Shown here piece by piece: positions 30,326-39,587 of a stretch of 64,000 bases of DNA (the stretch's first letter is position 1; each line of letters begins with the position of its first letter). The DNA lies in the NCBI GenBank assembly GCA_963743625.1, contig CAVUQM010000018.1:856-64855 (forward strand), read 5' to 3'. The notes under the pieces were generated by a model. That model was not told where the DNA came from and did no database searches. It worked only from the letters and a program-made list of their open reading frames with translations. The translations under genes and the position numbers were made by a program. This DNA is from an uncultured Pseudomonadota bacterium. Lineage in GTDB: Bacteria; Pseudomonadota; Gammaproteobacteria; Steroidobacterales; Steroidobacteraceae.

Positions 30326-30793
30326 ATGAGTGAAATGCACAGCCCGCCGCACCCGGGCGCGATTCTCGCCGACACAGTGCTAGGCCAGGATGGCGGCAAG
30401 TCTGTTTCTGCCTTCGCGGATGAGCTTGGTATCTCCCGCGTAACTCTGTCGCGTGTGGTGAACGGCCGCGCCGCGGTGAGCGTGGATATGGCGCTCGCGC
30501 TTGCAGAGGCCACCGGCACCTCGCCGGAATCGTGGTTGAACATGCAGACCTCCTATGATTTGTGGAAGGCAAGAGTCGCACGACGTAAGACGCTTGCGTC
30601 CTCAAAACCAATCCGTGCTCGCGCAATCCGGGAGGCAGTTGCAGCCGAGAGGCAACCCCTCTCTCGCCAGACTTCTTCGGAGCGTTCTGGAGTGCGGGGT
30701 TGGACTCGGGACACCGCAACGGGGATGGTGGCCTTTAACCGCGCCCCGAGCGCTCGCAGTAGTCGCGTCGCCGTCGCCCGTAAAAAGAAGTAA
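30326..30793 (+). CDS. higA: HigA-type antitoxin (XRE HTH) with an unusual ~55-aa C-terminal extension
   Basis: HPGAILADTVLG..SVSAFADELGISRVTLSRVVNGRAAVSVDMALALAEATGTSPESWLNMQTSYDLWKA. ATG 30326 lies 14 nt after the higB stop. Confidence 0.85.
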   Translation: MSEMHSPPHPGAILADTVLGQDGGKSVSAFADELGISRVTLSRVVNGRAAVSVDMALALAEATGTSPESWLNMQTSYDLWKARVARRKTLASSKPIRARAIREAVAAERQPLSRQTSSERSGVRGWTRDTATGMVAFNRAPSARSSRVAVARKKK

Positions 30794-30978
30794 CCGAAGG
30801 CATCAGGCGCACAGGCATTCGCCCTGAGATGAAGCCCCGATTGGGGCGTTTGCCTTGCAGGCCTTACCCGACTGTGGCGCGCACTCGGTGGTCACCGGCG
30901 ACGATCAGCCCACATAGTCAATGCTTCGTCTCTCTGGTTGCCTCCAGACGGGTCGCGTTTTAGATTTGTAGCGGTTTC

Positions 30979-30990
30979 GCAATCCGTTTG
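30979..30990 (+). repeat. REP-like half-site (GCAATCCGTTTG)
   Basis: The right-arm consensus is present. The left arm (AGCGGTTT) is only weakly complementary. Confidence 0.35.
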
Positions 30991-31129
30991 TCGCACCGGG
31001 ATATTTGCATCAAAGGCCTGGTCGCGAGCCTCCAGCGATCCATTCAGTGCCAATTCCGTGCACTGCGATCAAATGACTTGTGGCCAGCTTAAAGCGTCGT
31101 TAGACGTCCCGAGCAATCCGCCAGCGGCT

Positions 31130-31771
31130 TTAATTAGCCGCCTCAAGTATCTTCTTTTTCTGGGCGTCGAATTCGGCATCGGTAATGATGCCCTTCTTTC
31201 GAAGGTCATCAAGCTTCGTCAATTCTGAATAGATATCCTTTTGTGCTGAAGTTGCAGGAACGTCCGCATGAGCTCCGGGGTCGGGCCTCCCCACACCGAC
31301 ATTCGCAGCCTGCACATTCGCAGCGCCCACGGGGCTAGAGAGATCTTGAAGCATTCCATCAATTACCGGATCGAGCTTGGACGCGGTCCCGGCCCATTTT
31401 CCGAGGTCGAGTCCCCCATGTCCGTTGAGATGGTAGTGCCCACTGCCGATTACCACCCCGCTCTTAGTTAGTGTAAGTTTCGCGTCCACCATGTAAGGAG
31501 CGACATCCCACCATCTGTCAGCAGTGTATTCAAGTACATATTGACACTGAGGAGGGAGTGCTGCGTCCTTCACCAGCATTGTTTGGATTCCGTGCTGCTG
31601 AAATCTGGTCTGGATGACGCTAACTAGATCATCCACGTTGTTGTCAGGGTTAAACCTGATGCACGTAAGTGTGATTACTTCTTTCGTGCTGACGGGACTG
31701 GTCTCCAACGTGGTACAGCTGCTGAGTACCAGACCAGTGGCAATCATCGGAGCGAGAGCAGATCGGCGCAT
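31130..31771 (-). CDS. Lipoprotein with C-terminal SHOCT domain
   Basis: ATG 31771 gives MRRSALAPMIATGLVLSSCTT (lipobox). The C-terminus DIYSELTKLDDLRKKGIITDAEFDAQKKKILEAAN is a SHOCT motif. Visibly AT-rich. Confidence 0.65.
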   Translation of the reverse strand: MRRSALAPMIATGLVLSSCTTLETSPVSTKEVITLTCIRFNPDNNVDDLVSVIQTRFQQHGIQTMLVKDAALPPQCQYVLEYTADRWWDVAPYMVDAKLTLTKSGVVIGSGHYHLNGHGGLDLGKWAGTASKLDPVIDGMLQDLSSPVGAANVQAANVGVGRPDPGAHADVPATSAQKDIYSELTKLDDLRKKGIITDAEFDAQKKKILEAAN

Positions 31772-32071
31772 AGAACCCTCTAGAGTCGCTTCTGTTGCAT
31801 CGCGGCGCCCGCGTGCAATGTTTATTCTCGCAATCGTACGCTTCGATGCCACGGCAAGCACGCAACTTAGCCGAGCGCCGGCGGCTCGCTGCGCTCGGAT
31901 CGCATGAGCGTGTATTTCGCATCCCGTTGGTAACGGCTGCGAGGCGCTCCCTAGGCGCATGGAATCGGACGGCCTGTACCGTTCCGGAGAGATTTCGTGC
32001 AACACTAGTCGACGACGTAACTGCGGGTTTCGGCGTGGAAAATCCGGAGAGACGAGTTTTGAGAAGTTCTT

Positions 32072-34100
32072 GTGAATAGGCCAGTGGTGGGCAACCCGGG
32101 TCATGCCACCGGGCGCGCAACTATCCGCCCACTTTCCCGTGCTTGGTTCGAGTCAACCATCGACGGATTCCTAGCGCTTGACGCCGCTACCGCGATTGGA
32201 AACCTCACCGCTCATAGCGACGTCGACGTGGTTCCCGCGCAGGCCGACGCCTGGGGGCAACAAATATTCTGCCTGCAACAGTGTCTCACGGGCTTCTCCG
32301 GATACATTTTTCTTGAATTCAATATTCCGCGAATGGGCCGGAGAATTGATGCGGTCCTGCTAATCGGGCCTCTGGTTTTTGTTATCGAGTTCAAGGTCGG
32401 CGAAAGTCGATTCGATCGAGCGGCTATCGATCAGGTATGGGACTACGCGCTCGATCTAAAGAACTTTCATGAATCTAGTCACGCAGCGTCAATCGTCCCG
32501 GTGCTTGTGGCGACAGCTGCTACGGCGGCCCCACAATTGGATTTTCAGTTCGCTTCTGATCGGGTATGCCAGCCGTTGCGAGCAAGCCCAGATACAATTC
32601 GCGGATTGATAGAGCGCGCCCTCACGCTTGAAGTGCAGGAGTCACGTAGATCAGTCGAATTGGTCCAAAGCGCCGTACCGCGCTCACCCGACCATTATAG
32701 AAGCTGCTCGTGCGCTTTACGCCGAGCATTCAGTAGAGGCCATAGCCCGTAATGACGCGGGCGCCATTAATCTGAAGTCGACTTCCTCCAGAATAGAGGC
32801 ACTTGTCGATCAGGCGCGGGCTGGCAGTCGAAAAATAATCTGCTTTGTAACGGGCGTGCCCGGTGCCGGCAAGACGCTGGTGGGCTTGAACATTGCTACC
32901 CGCCGTCGTGAAGAGAGTCAGCCGACGCATGCGGTATTCCTGTCGGGCAACGGGCCACTCGTCGCTGTATTGCGCGAAGCTCTAACGCGCGACGAACTGG
33001 CACGGCAGAAGGCATCGGGCATTCGGTCGACCCGCAACCGCGTTGCCAATCCAGTCAAGGCATTTATACAGAACGTCCATCACTTTCGGGACGAGGCGCT
33101 ACGCGACCCGTCGCCTCCCAACGATCACGTTGTGATTTTCGATGAAGCGCAGAGAGCATGGGATGAACGCAAGACATCTGTGTTCATGAAGCAAAGAAAG
33201 AACCAACCGAACTTCAAGCACTCGGAGCCGGCGTTTTTGCTCGCCTATATGGATCGGCACCCCGACTGGGCTGTGGTCGTATGCCTTGTGGGAGGGGGTC
33301 AGGAAATTCACACGGGTGAAGGCGGAATTGGCGAGTGGCTCAATGCGATCAACGTAAGCTTTCCGAACTGGGACGTATACATCTCTCCTGACTTGGCCGG
33401 GAGCGAGTACGCAATCCCGGCTTTGGATGTCATCCGGAAGCGGGCAAACGTTCACGTCGACCATAGCCTGCATCTAGCTGTGTCGATGCGTTCCTTTAGG
33501 GCACAGCATGTGTCTGGATTTGTAAAGGAGTTGTTGGATGGGGACCTGAATGGCGCAAGACGTTCCCTCGAAGAACTCGCGCGGTTTCCAATGGCCATCA
33601 CACGTGACCTGAGCCGCGCACGAACATGGATAAGAGATCGAGCGCGCGGAAGTGAGCGCTACGGGCTGCTTGCGTCGTCTAAAGCGCTAAGGCTCAAGCC
33701 CCACGCTATCGACGTTCGCGTAGCTGTCGATCCGGTACATTGGTTTCTGAACGGCCCCACCGACATACGATCCAGTGTATTCCTGGAGGATTGCGCAACT
33801 GAATTCCAGGTGCAGGGCCTAGAGCTGGACTGGACATGCGTCACCTGGGACGCAGACTTGAGGTTTTCAGACGCCCGGTGGAGTTTTAATGATTTCCGAG
33901 GAAGTCGCTGGCAAACGATACGAAATGATCTGAATAAGAATTACTTACGCAACGCGTATAGGGTGTTGTTGACTCGCGCCAGGCAAGGAATGGTGATTTT
34001 CATTCCACCTGGAGATTCCGCAGATCACACGAGGCTGCCTGAGTTCTACGGCGCCACTTTCAAATATCTAACCGACATCGGCATTCCGGTTCTATCTTAG
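32072..34100 (+). CDS. PD-(D/E)xK nuclease-like domain fused to a DUF2075 (Schlafen-helicase-like) P-loop ATPase; one apparent frameshift
   Basis: N-terminus GRRIDAVLLIGPLVFVIEFKVGE (D..ExK). Walker A FVTGVPGAGKTLVGL, Walker B VVIFDEAQRAW, late motif YRVLLTRARQGMVIF. ORFs 32072..32752 and 32628..34100 overlap and join near 32620-32660 (..ERALTLE / IDQSNWSKAPYRAHPTIIEAA..). Confidence 0.8.
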
Positions 34101-34165
34101 GATCGCCAAACCGCTGGCCCCCGCAGCCCTACCGACAATCTGTGTGATCAGGATCCGCAACTACC

Positions 34166-34678
34166 ATGCCGGCACTTCAAAAGCTGATATTCACCGTACT
34201 TCTGGTCGGCGCACTCGTGCTAGTCGCGATGGTCTTTGTGGCACTCTCGCGGCGAGGCAGGCTGCCAGGCGCGCCGTATGAGCGCAGTAAGGGGCTGTTC
34301 TCTCCTGCAGAGCTTCGGTTCCTAACCGCTCTGGAAGACGCCCTCGGCTCTGCCTACCGAGTCTTCGGGAAAGTCCGGGTGGCGGATCTGGCCAACGTGA
34401 AACCCGGATTAACGCCGCGTGTTCGCCGGGCCGCGCTGAATCGAGTCGCGTATAAGCACTTTGATTTCCTAGTTTGTTCAGTCGATACCTGCGAACCGCT
34501 GTGCGCGGTGGAACTCAACGACAGATCGCACGCGGCAAATAGTGTTACGAGGCGAGATATTCTAATCGCTCAGGTCTGTGAAGCGATCGCACTGCCACTG
34601 GTAACCTTTCCAGCCGCCAAGTCCTACGATAGGGGGAACATCAAAGATCGCCTGGAACGCGAGCTGAAGAGGCGATGA
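34166..34678 (+). CDS. DUF2726 domain protein (restriction-endonuclease fold) with N-terminal TM anchor
   Basis: TM LIFTVLLVGALVLVAMVFVAL, then FSPAELRFLTALEDAL..YRVFGKVRVADL..YKHFDFLVC..PLCAVELNDRSH..RRD..ALPLVTF, the DUF2726 core. Starts 65 nt after the DUF2075 gene. Confidence 0.75.
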   Translation: MPALQKLIFTVLLVGALVLVAMVFVALSRRGRLPGAPYERSKGLFSPAELRFLTALEDALGSAYRVFGKVRVADLANVKPGLTPRVRRAALNRVAYKHFDFLVCSVDTCEPLCAVELNDRSHAANSVTRRDILIAQVCEAIALPLVTFPAAKSYDRGNIKDRLERELKRR

Positions 34679-34685
34679 GTAAAGG

Positions 34686-34704
34686 CGGATTTGCAATCCG
34701 TTGG
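34686..34704 (+). repeat. REP-like element copy (CGGAT-ttgca-ATCCGTTGG)
   Basis: The right arm TGCAATCCGTTGG is perfect and the left arm is shortened to 5 bp. Starts 8 nt after the DUF2726 stop. Confidence 0.55.
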
Positions 34705-34843
34705 TAGCTGGATCCAAGTGGCTGCCGGAAGTATCGGTTCTGCTGCCGACTTAGCGGGGCGTGCAGACTCGGTGAAGCCGTTGGCCTTCGAGGGCGGGCG
34801 GCATGCATTTTCTTCGGACCAATAATTGGACGGATTTGGATAC

Positions 34844-36842
34844 TCAGACGGGAAACTTCAAATCTCGCTCGACGGCCAGAAACCGCGTCTCCTTGCGAAG
34901 CGGTTCCAGGAGTGGGTCAGTCTTGAGGTTCGAGAGTCCCGGGTCCCGCAGGTGTACCGCCGTGTCGAGCCACTGGAGCGCCTCGGCATGGTCGCCCCAT
35001 TGCGCGTAGATCGTGGCGGTATTCGTATGCATCGGCGTCCCCATACGCCGCTATGAATCTCGCCAGGTCCGCCTCCGCGTCTGCATGCCGTCCAAGCTTG
35101 TCGTAGACCATCGCCAGACACTTAAGGCTCAGCCAGTGGTCTCGCTTCGCTTCGCAGGAAGCGCGCGCGAGCTCTAAGTCTCCGAGACCATAGAAAGCAG
35201 TCCCCGATACCCGTAAGCCTCCTTATGGTCGGGGTCGAGACTGATGCTGTCTTCGAATGACGCTGCCGCTTCCTTGTATCGCTGAGCGGCAAGTAATGCA
35301 TAGCCGAGTGCTCTATGGCTGCCTCCGTTGAGCGGATCAAGTACGACTGCACGGCGTGTGGCTGCTATTCCGGCATCGAAGTGTCCCATGCGGGCGGCGA
35401 ACTGACCGCTGAGGCGCAGCACCTGCGCATCTCCGGACGCGAGCTCCTCGGCACGTTTGTACTCCTGCTGTGCGCGAGCAAAGTCAAGCATTCCGAACCT
35501 GAACACGTACGCGAGTGCTGCATGCGCCTCCGCTAGTTCTGGAGCAAGCGAAATCGCGTGTCGCGCATCCAGCTCAGCCTTCTGAAAGTCCGCGCGCATC
35601 GCAACTCCTGTCGCGCCCTGCGCGGCGAAATAGGCGAAGGCAAGCGAGCGAGCCGAGAGCGCTAGCGCGAAGTTGGGATCCTGTCGAATCGCCTCAGTGT
35701 ATTTCACGGGCGATCACGCTTGGAATATCCTGCTCGTCGCGGATCGATTGATATGCCCTCGATGCGCGCAAGTAGGCGTCGAATGCGGCCGGGTTGCGCG
35801 TGCCGCCAAGCTCGATTTTGTGGACTTCATCTCCCAGCAGTGTCACCTGGAGGGCGCTAGCGACCGAGGTACCGCAATCTCGGTCTCCAGTTTCAACACA
35901 TCGCCAAGTCGCGGTCGTAGGTGTGGGACCAGAGGTGAAATCCCGTGACCGCATTGATCAGCTGCGTGGTGACGCGCACGGTGTTGCCCGAGCGTCGCAC
36001 GCTCCCTTCGAGCACCGCCCCGACATTGAGCTTGCGAGCGATCGTGCCGACGTCGGTGTCCTTGCCCTTGAAGGAGAAGGCAGAAGTCCGGGCGGCAACC
36101 TGGAAGTCATTGATCTGAGCCAGGGAATTGAGCAGCTCCTCCGCGAGCCCGTCCGAGAAATACTCCTGCTCCTTGTCCCCGCTCATATTCACGAACGGCA
36201 GCACCGCGATTGAATGCGACGGCGGGGCGAAGGTGGCGGCAGCCGGCGTGAGGGGCTTCGAGATCCAGAACTGGTCAGCAGCGAAGTACACCAGTGCGCA
36301 ACCAGGACCGCTATGAATGTGAGAGAGCACCGGCTTCGACGACCAAGCGGCGTGCGCCGACCTTCTGCGTCCCGCTGCGACGGTGGATGATGGACCCGGC
36401 GGCGACAGTTCGGAGGACAGCAGTCGCTGTACCTGCTCTACGAATTCTGGCGGCGCGTTGCCGCCGGGGTACATGGGGTCCACTGCACGGCTCGAAACGC
36501 GTCCGGGACAAGGGCATCCTGATCTCGGGTGTCGTCAATCAGGATCGGAACCAGAAAGGACTTCTGTTCTGCGATGTGGTGTGTTCGCTCGACGGCGAGC
36601 TTCCATTCGTGGCGAAAATAGCCCTCGAGGCACTATTAGTGTACGGCTTTGAGACTATGTGGGAATAAATAGGGCGCAGGCTTGGATGTTGTGCCGGATC
36701 TTCCGATCCCAGGCGTCCCGCCCCGTAGTTCACTCTGGTCAAAAAACACGTCGATGCCGGCCGCGCGTAGTGCCAGGCAAAGCTTCTGTGCAGCATCCGA
36801 ATCCTCCGACGCGTAGCTCAGAAATACCGATGGTTTAGTCAT
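34844..36842 (-). CDS. TIR domain - TM - TolB-like domain - TPR protein, split into at least six ORF pieces
   Basis: ATG 36842: MTKPSVFLSYASEDSDAAQKLCLALRAAGIDVFFDQSELRGG. The next frame reads ..IVSKPYTNSAS then EGYFRHEWKLAVERTHHIAEQKSFLVPILIDDTRDQDALVPDAFRAVQWT. Then SIAVLPFVNMSGDKEQEYFSDGLAEELLNSLAQI..VLEGSVRRSGNTVRVTTQLI (TolB-like). TPR pieces are 35174..35707, 34917..35111 and 34844..35044, ending ..DPLLEPLRKETRFLAVERDLKFPV. Confidence 0.7.
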
Positions 36843-37163
36843 CGATGGGACCACACCTGACAGATCATCCCAGGCCCTCTTGCGACCTCTATAGCGCCAG
36901 CTTAGCTCAAGTAATTTAGGTCGACCGAATGGGCTGCCAGGTGGCCGGGAATCGACGCGGCCGGCGGCCCGACTGGTCGAGGCTGAACTGTTGGTGGCTC
37001 TGGGGATTGACACTCTCGCTACGACGCGTCAACAGCTGGCACTGGTCTGATCGTCGAGAGTTTACTGGTGGAATGGAGTCGAGTGCGATGTCGAGCGAGT
37101 TCTCAGACCGATCCAGCCGGTCTGTAGCGAGACATAGGTGATCTAGCCAAGAGAGCGGCGGCA

Positions 37164-37186
37164 CCATCGGTGGGGCAATCCGTTGG
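37164..37186 (+). repeat. REP-like element copy (CCATCGG-tggggcaat-CCGTTGG)
   Basis: 7-bp arms with one T:T mismatch. GGCAATCCGTTGG consensus. Ends 119 nt from the IS481-family end. Confidence 0.55.
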
Positions 37187-37304
37187 TCCGCTACGGCAAG
37201 CCTTGTGGCAACAACAGCGTAGGGCGCTCCCGATTCCCAAAGGCCCAATTTCAGTGCACCGGTTGGCGTGACCACAACGTCATAGACCGTGGCTCGGTCG
37301 CTCC

Positions 37305-38246
37305 TGTGGAGCTTCAACAGATTGTTACCCTCCAGGCCGAGCCTACTGATGGGCGGCAGAGAGTTTAGCGCCGAGTGAGGGCGATGCCAGTTGTAGTGGT
37401 GCAGCCAGGAGCCAAGGCAGGCAGTGCGCTCCGAGGAGCTGCAGTAGGCGGCAGCGTAAGCCCGCTCGCGCAAAGAGGTTTGGATGAAGCGCTCCGCTTT
37501 GCCATTGGTTCTGGGGGGTATAGGGTTTAGTGCGCAGATGACGGATTCCCAGTTCGTGGCAGGCGTCGCGGTAGGCGTGGGAGCGATAGGCTGCGCCGTT
37601 GTCCGTCATGACTCGCTCGATGCGCACACCGTGCTCGAGGAAGCGGGCTACGCTGGCTCTGAGGAAGGCGCTGGCGGTGTGGGCCAGCTCGTCAGGCACG
37701 ATGCTGGCCAGAGCCACTCGAGAGGCATCATCGATCGCCACGTGCACGAAGTCCCAGCCGATACCGTGGTTGAGCTTCCCGGCCTTCGATTCCCGGTAAT
37801 GCGATGTCCGATGCCATTGATTCGCCCGAGCTTTTTGATATCCAGATGCAGCAGCTCTCCTGGTCTTTCGCGCTGGTAGCGCTGCACGGGCAACTGCGGC
37901 TGCAGATCTCGCCAGCGTGAGAGGTGCGCACGGCGCAGGATGCGCGAGACGCTGGCGGCGAGAACCCCACACGGCAGCAGATAAAGCGCCCGGTGCGCCG
38001 CTGCTGGCGCAACTGGATCACTTGAGCGCTCAGGGTCGCGGAGAGCTGGCGCGGACTATGCCGCGGCCGGCACGAACGATCCAGCAGGCCCACCGCCCCC
38101 TCAGCGCGATATCGGCGAGCCCACTTCTTCAAGGTCGTTAGTGACACCCCCATCGCCTGGGCAACGTCCAGCTGATGCTGGCCCGCCTCGAGGCGGCCCA
38201 GCATCAGCGCTCGACCCTTGGGTGTCAAACGAGCATTCTTATGCAC
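37305..38246 (-). pseudogene. IS481-family DDE transposase split over four frames
   Basis: Pieces: 37728..38246 (HTH N-terminus), 37648..37893 (RERPGELLHLDIKKLGRINGIGHRITG), 37343..37972 (WDFVHVAIDDASRVA..RVMTDNGAAYRS..HLRTKPYTP) and 36916..37473 (RERAYAAAY.SSSERTA.L..WLHHYNWHRPHSAL). Breaks may be assembly indels. Confidence 0.7.
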
Positions 38247-38334
38247 GGTTGTTCTCTCCCCTGGTAAGGAAACTGACGTCTAGCAACATCAGCTTCTCTC
38301 CTCCGGTGGGAGGGAACAACTCTGAAACATCACA
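37305..38334 (-). mobile_element. IS481-family insertion sequence (~1.03 kb)
   Basis: Imperfect ~30-bp terminal inverted repeats both start TGTG: TGTGGAGCTTCAACAGATTGTTACCCTCC at 37305, and the reverse complement of 38334 reads TGTGATGTTTCAGAGTTGTTCCCTCCC. The internal transposase reads MHKNARLTPKGRALMLGRLEAG.. I saw no clear target-site duplication. Confidence 0.7.
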
Positions 38335-38351
38335 GCTAGCCGTGGGCTGCC

Positions 38352-38771
38352 CTATATCCACGGATTGATGACAGATTTCAGGGCCGTATGAAAGTCCTGC
38401 GCGTTGCGTGTCACAAGTGTAAGTCCGTGCACAAGTGCCGTAGCAGCAATCATGGCATCCATGGCACTTATGGAGCGTCCCCGAGACTCCTGGCGCGCCA
38501 CAACTCGGCCCCATTCATCACAGACTGGTCCATCAATCAAGATGATCCGTTGTTCAAACCGCCTTGGGAGTTCCCCCTGCAACCACTCATCAAGCTCGCG
38601 GCGGCGCCTTCCCTGTGGCAGCCGCTCGATCCCGTAACGCAGCTCAGCAACAGTCACGACACTTAGGAAAACCTGATTTTCGTCAGCTTGCGAAAGCCAC
38701 GTCATCAGTCCGGCATTCGGCCGAGGCTTGGTCCACTCGGAAACTACGTTTGTGTCGAGCAGGAAGGTCAC
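38352..38771 (-). CDS. vapC: PIN-domain toxin VapC/FitB-like
   Basis: MTFLLDTNVVSEW..FLSVVTVAELRYGIE..DAMIAATALVHGLTLVTRN carries the PIN acidic residues and pattern. It overlaps the antitoxin stop by 4 nt. Confidence 0.9.
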   Translation of the reverse strand: MTFLLDTNVVSEWTKPRPNAGLMTWLSQADENQVFLSVVTVAELRYGIERLPQGRRRRELDEWLQGELPRRFEQRIILIDGPVCDEWGRVVARQESRGRSISAMDAMIAATALVHGLTLVTRNAQDFHTALKSVINPWI

Positions 38772-39022
38772 AGTTCTGTCGAGCGCAAGCGGTCCTTAGA
38801 TCGCCGGACCTTGAGACCAGAGCCCCTCAAGGGGGAGGTCGCAAAAAAGTCCGACAACGTGCCACGTGGACGAATGCGACGCTCCCACTCAGCGGCATCG
38901 ACGACGACAACCGTACGGCGGCCATTTTTAGTGATGGTTTGTGGCCCGCGCTTCTGGGCCTCCTCGATTACTTGGCTTAGTTTCGCCTTGGCTTCGGCAA
39001 CTGTCCAAAGATCGGTATCCAT
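38768..39022 (-). CDS. Phd/YefM-family antitoxin (VapC partner)
   Basis: WTVAEAKAKLSQVIEEAQKRGPQTITKNGRRTVVVVDAAEWERR is a Phd/YefM N-terminal pattern. Confidence 0.85.
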   Translation of the reverse strand: MDTDLWTVAEAKAKLSQVIEEAQKRGPQTITKNGRRTVVVVDAAEWERRIRPRGTLSDFFATSPLRGSGLKVRRSKDRLRSTEL

Positions 39023-39165
39023 AGAGTTCCCTCAGAATAGTCAGCATGGTCATTATAGTCATAAAGGGGAAGTTCGCAACGGGTTGTGGCCTTCTAATTG
39101 AGGAGGCGGGTCGAATTGCGTGGAAGCCGCAGTGCGAGCCACTCATGGGCCTCGCTAGCTGCTCG

Positions 39166-39190
39166 ATCAACGGATGGGCAATCCGTTGAT
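39166..39190 (+). repeat. REP-like palindromic element copy (ATCAACGGAT-gggca-ATCCGTTGAT)
   Basis: Perfect 10-bp arms, 144 nt upstream of the antitoxin start. Confidence 0.7.
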
Positions 39191-39587
39191 GGCTTGCGCG
39201 CGACTTCTCTATTAGGCCATCGTCGTCCATTGGCCGTTTCGCTTTAGTGCGAATCGCATGCAGTGAGCTCTGCCGGCGTCGGCTGAGCTGTGCGGTCAAG
39301 GACGACAGGGTGAACCTCGATCAGCACGCAGATGCGCGGCAACACCGGCGCCAGCGGTGAGACTAACGCGCGTGAAAGAGTCTTTGGCGATGCAACATCA
39401 AATGACATCCCGACGGGTCAACCGCGCGGATGCTCTTCCCGTGTTCCGCAACATGGCGCATAGTCAAACCGCTCACCACTAACAACGATTCAGTGAGCCC
39501 CCCTGTCGACACGCCCAAGCTGAGGCGGCGGGATGTCGAGTGGAGCGCAGGACTGGCACTGCTACCAGTTAAGAAGGGAAGGACATT

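Noticed and set aside
36916-37304. Continuation of the transposase-frame ORF beyond the IS left inverted repeat
   Set aside because: It lies outside the element boundaries defined by the TGTG inverted repeats, has no transposase similarity, and contains a REP-like copy. It is most likely non-coding read-through.
37305-38246. Programmed ribosomal frameshifting as the explanation for the split IS481 transposase
   Set aside because: IS481-family transposases are normally single ORFs. At least three breaks are present, and the same kind of break affects unrelated genes throughout the window.
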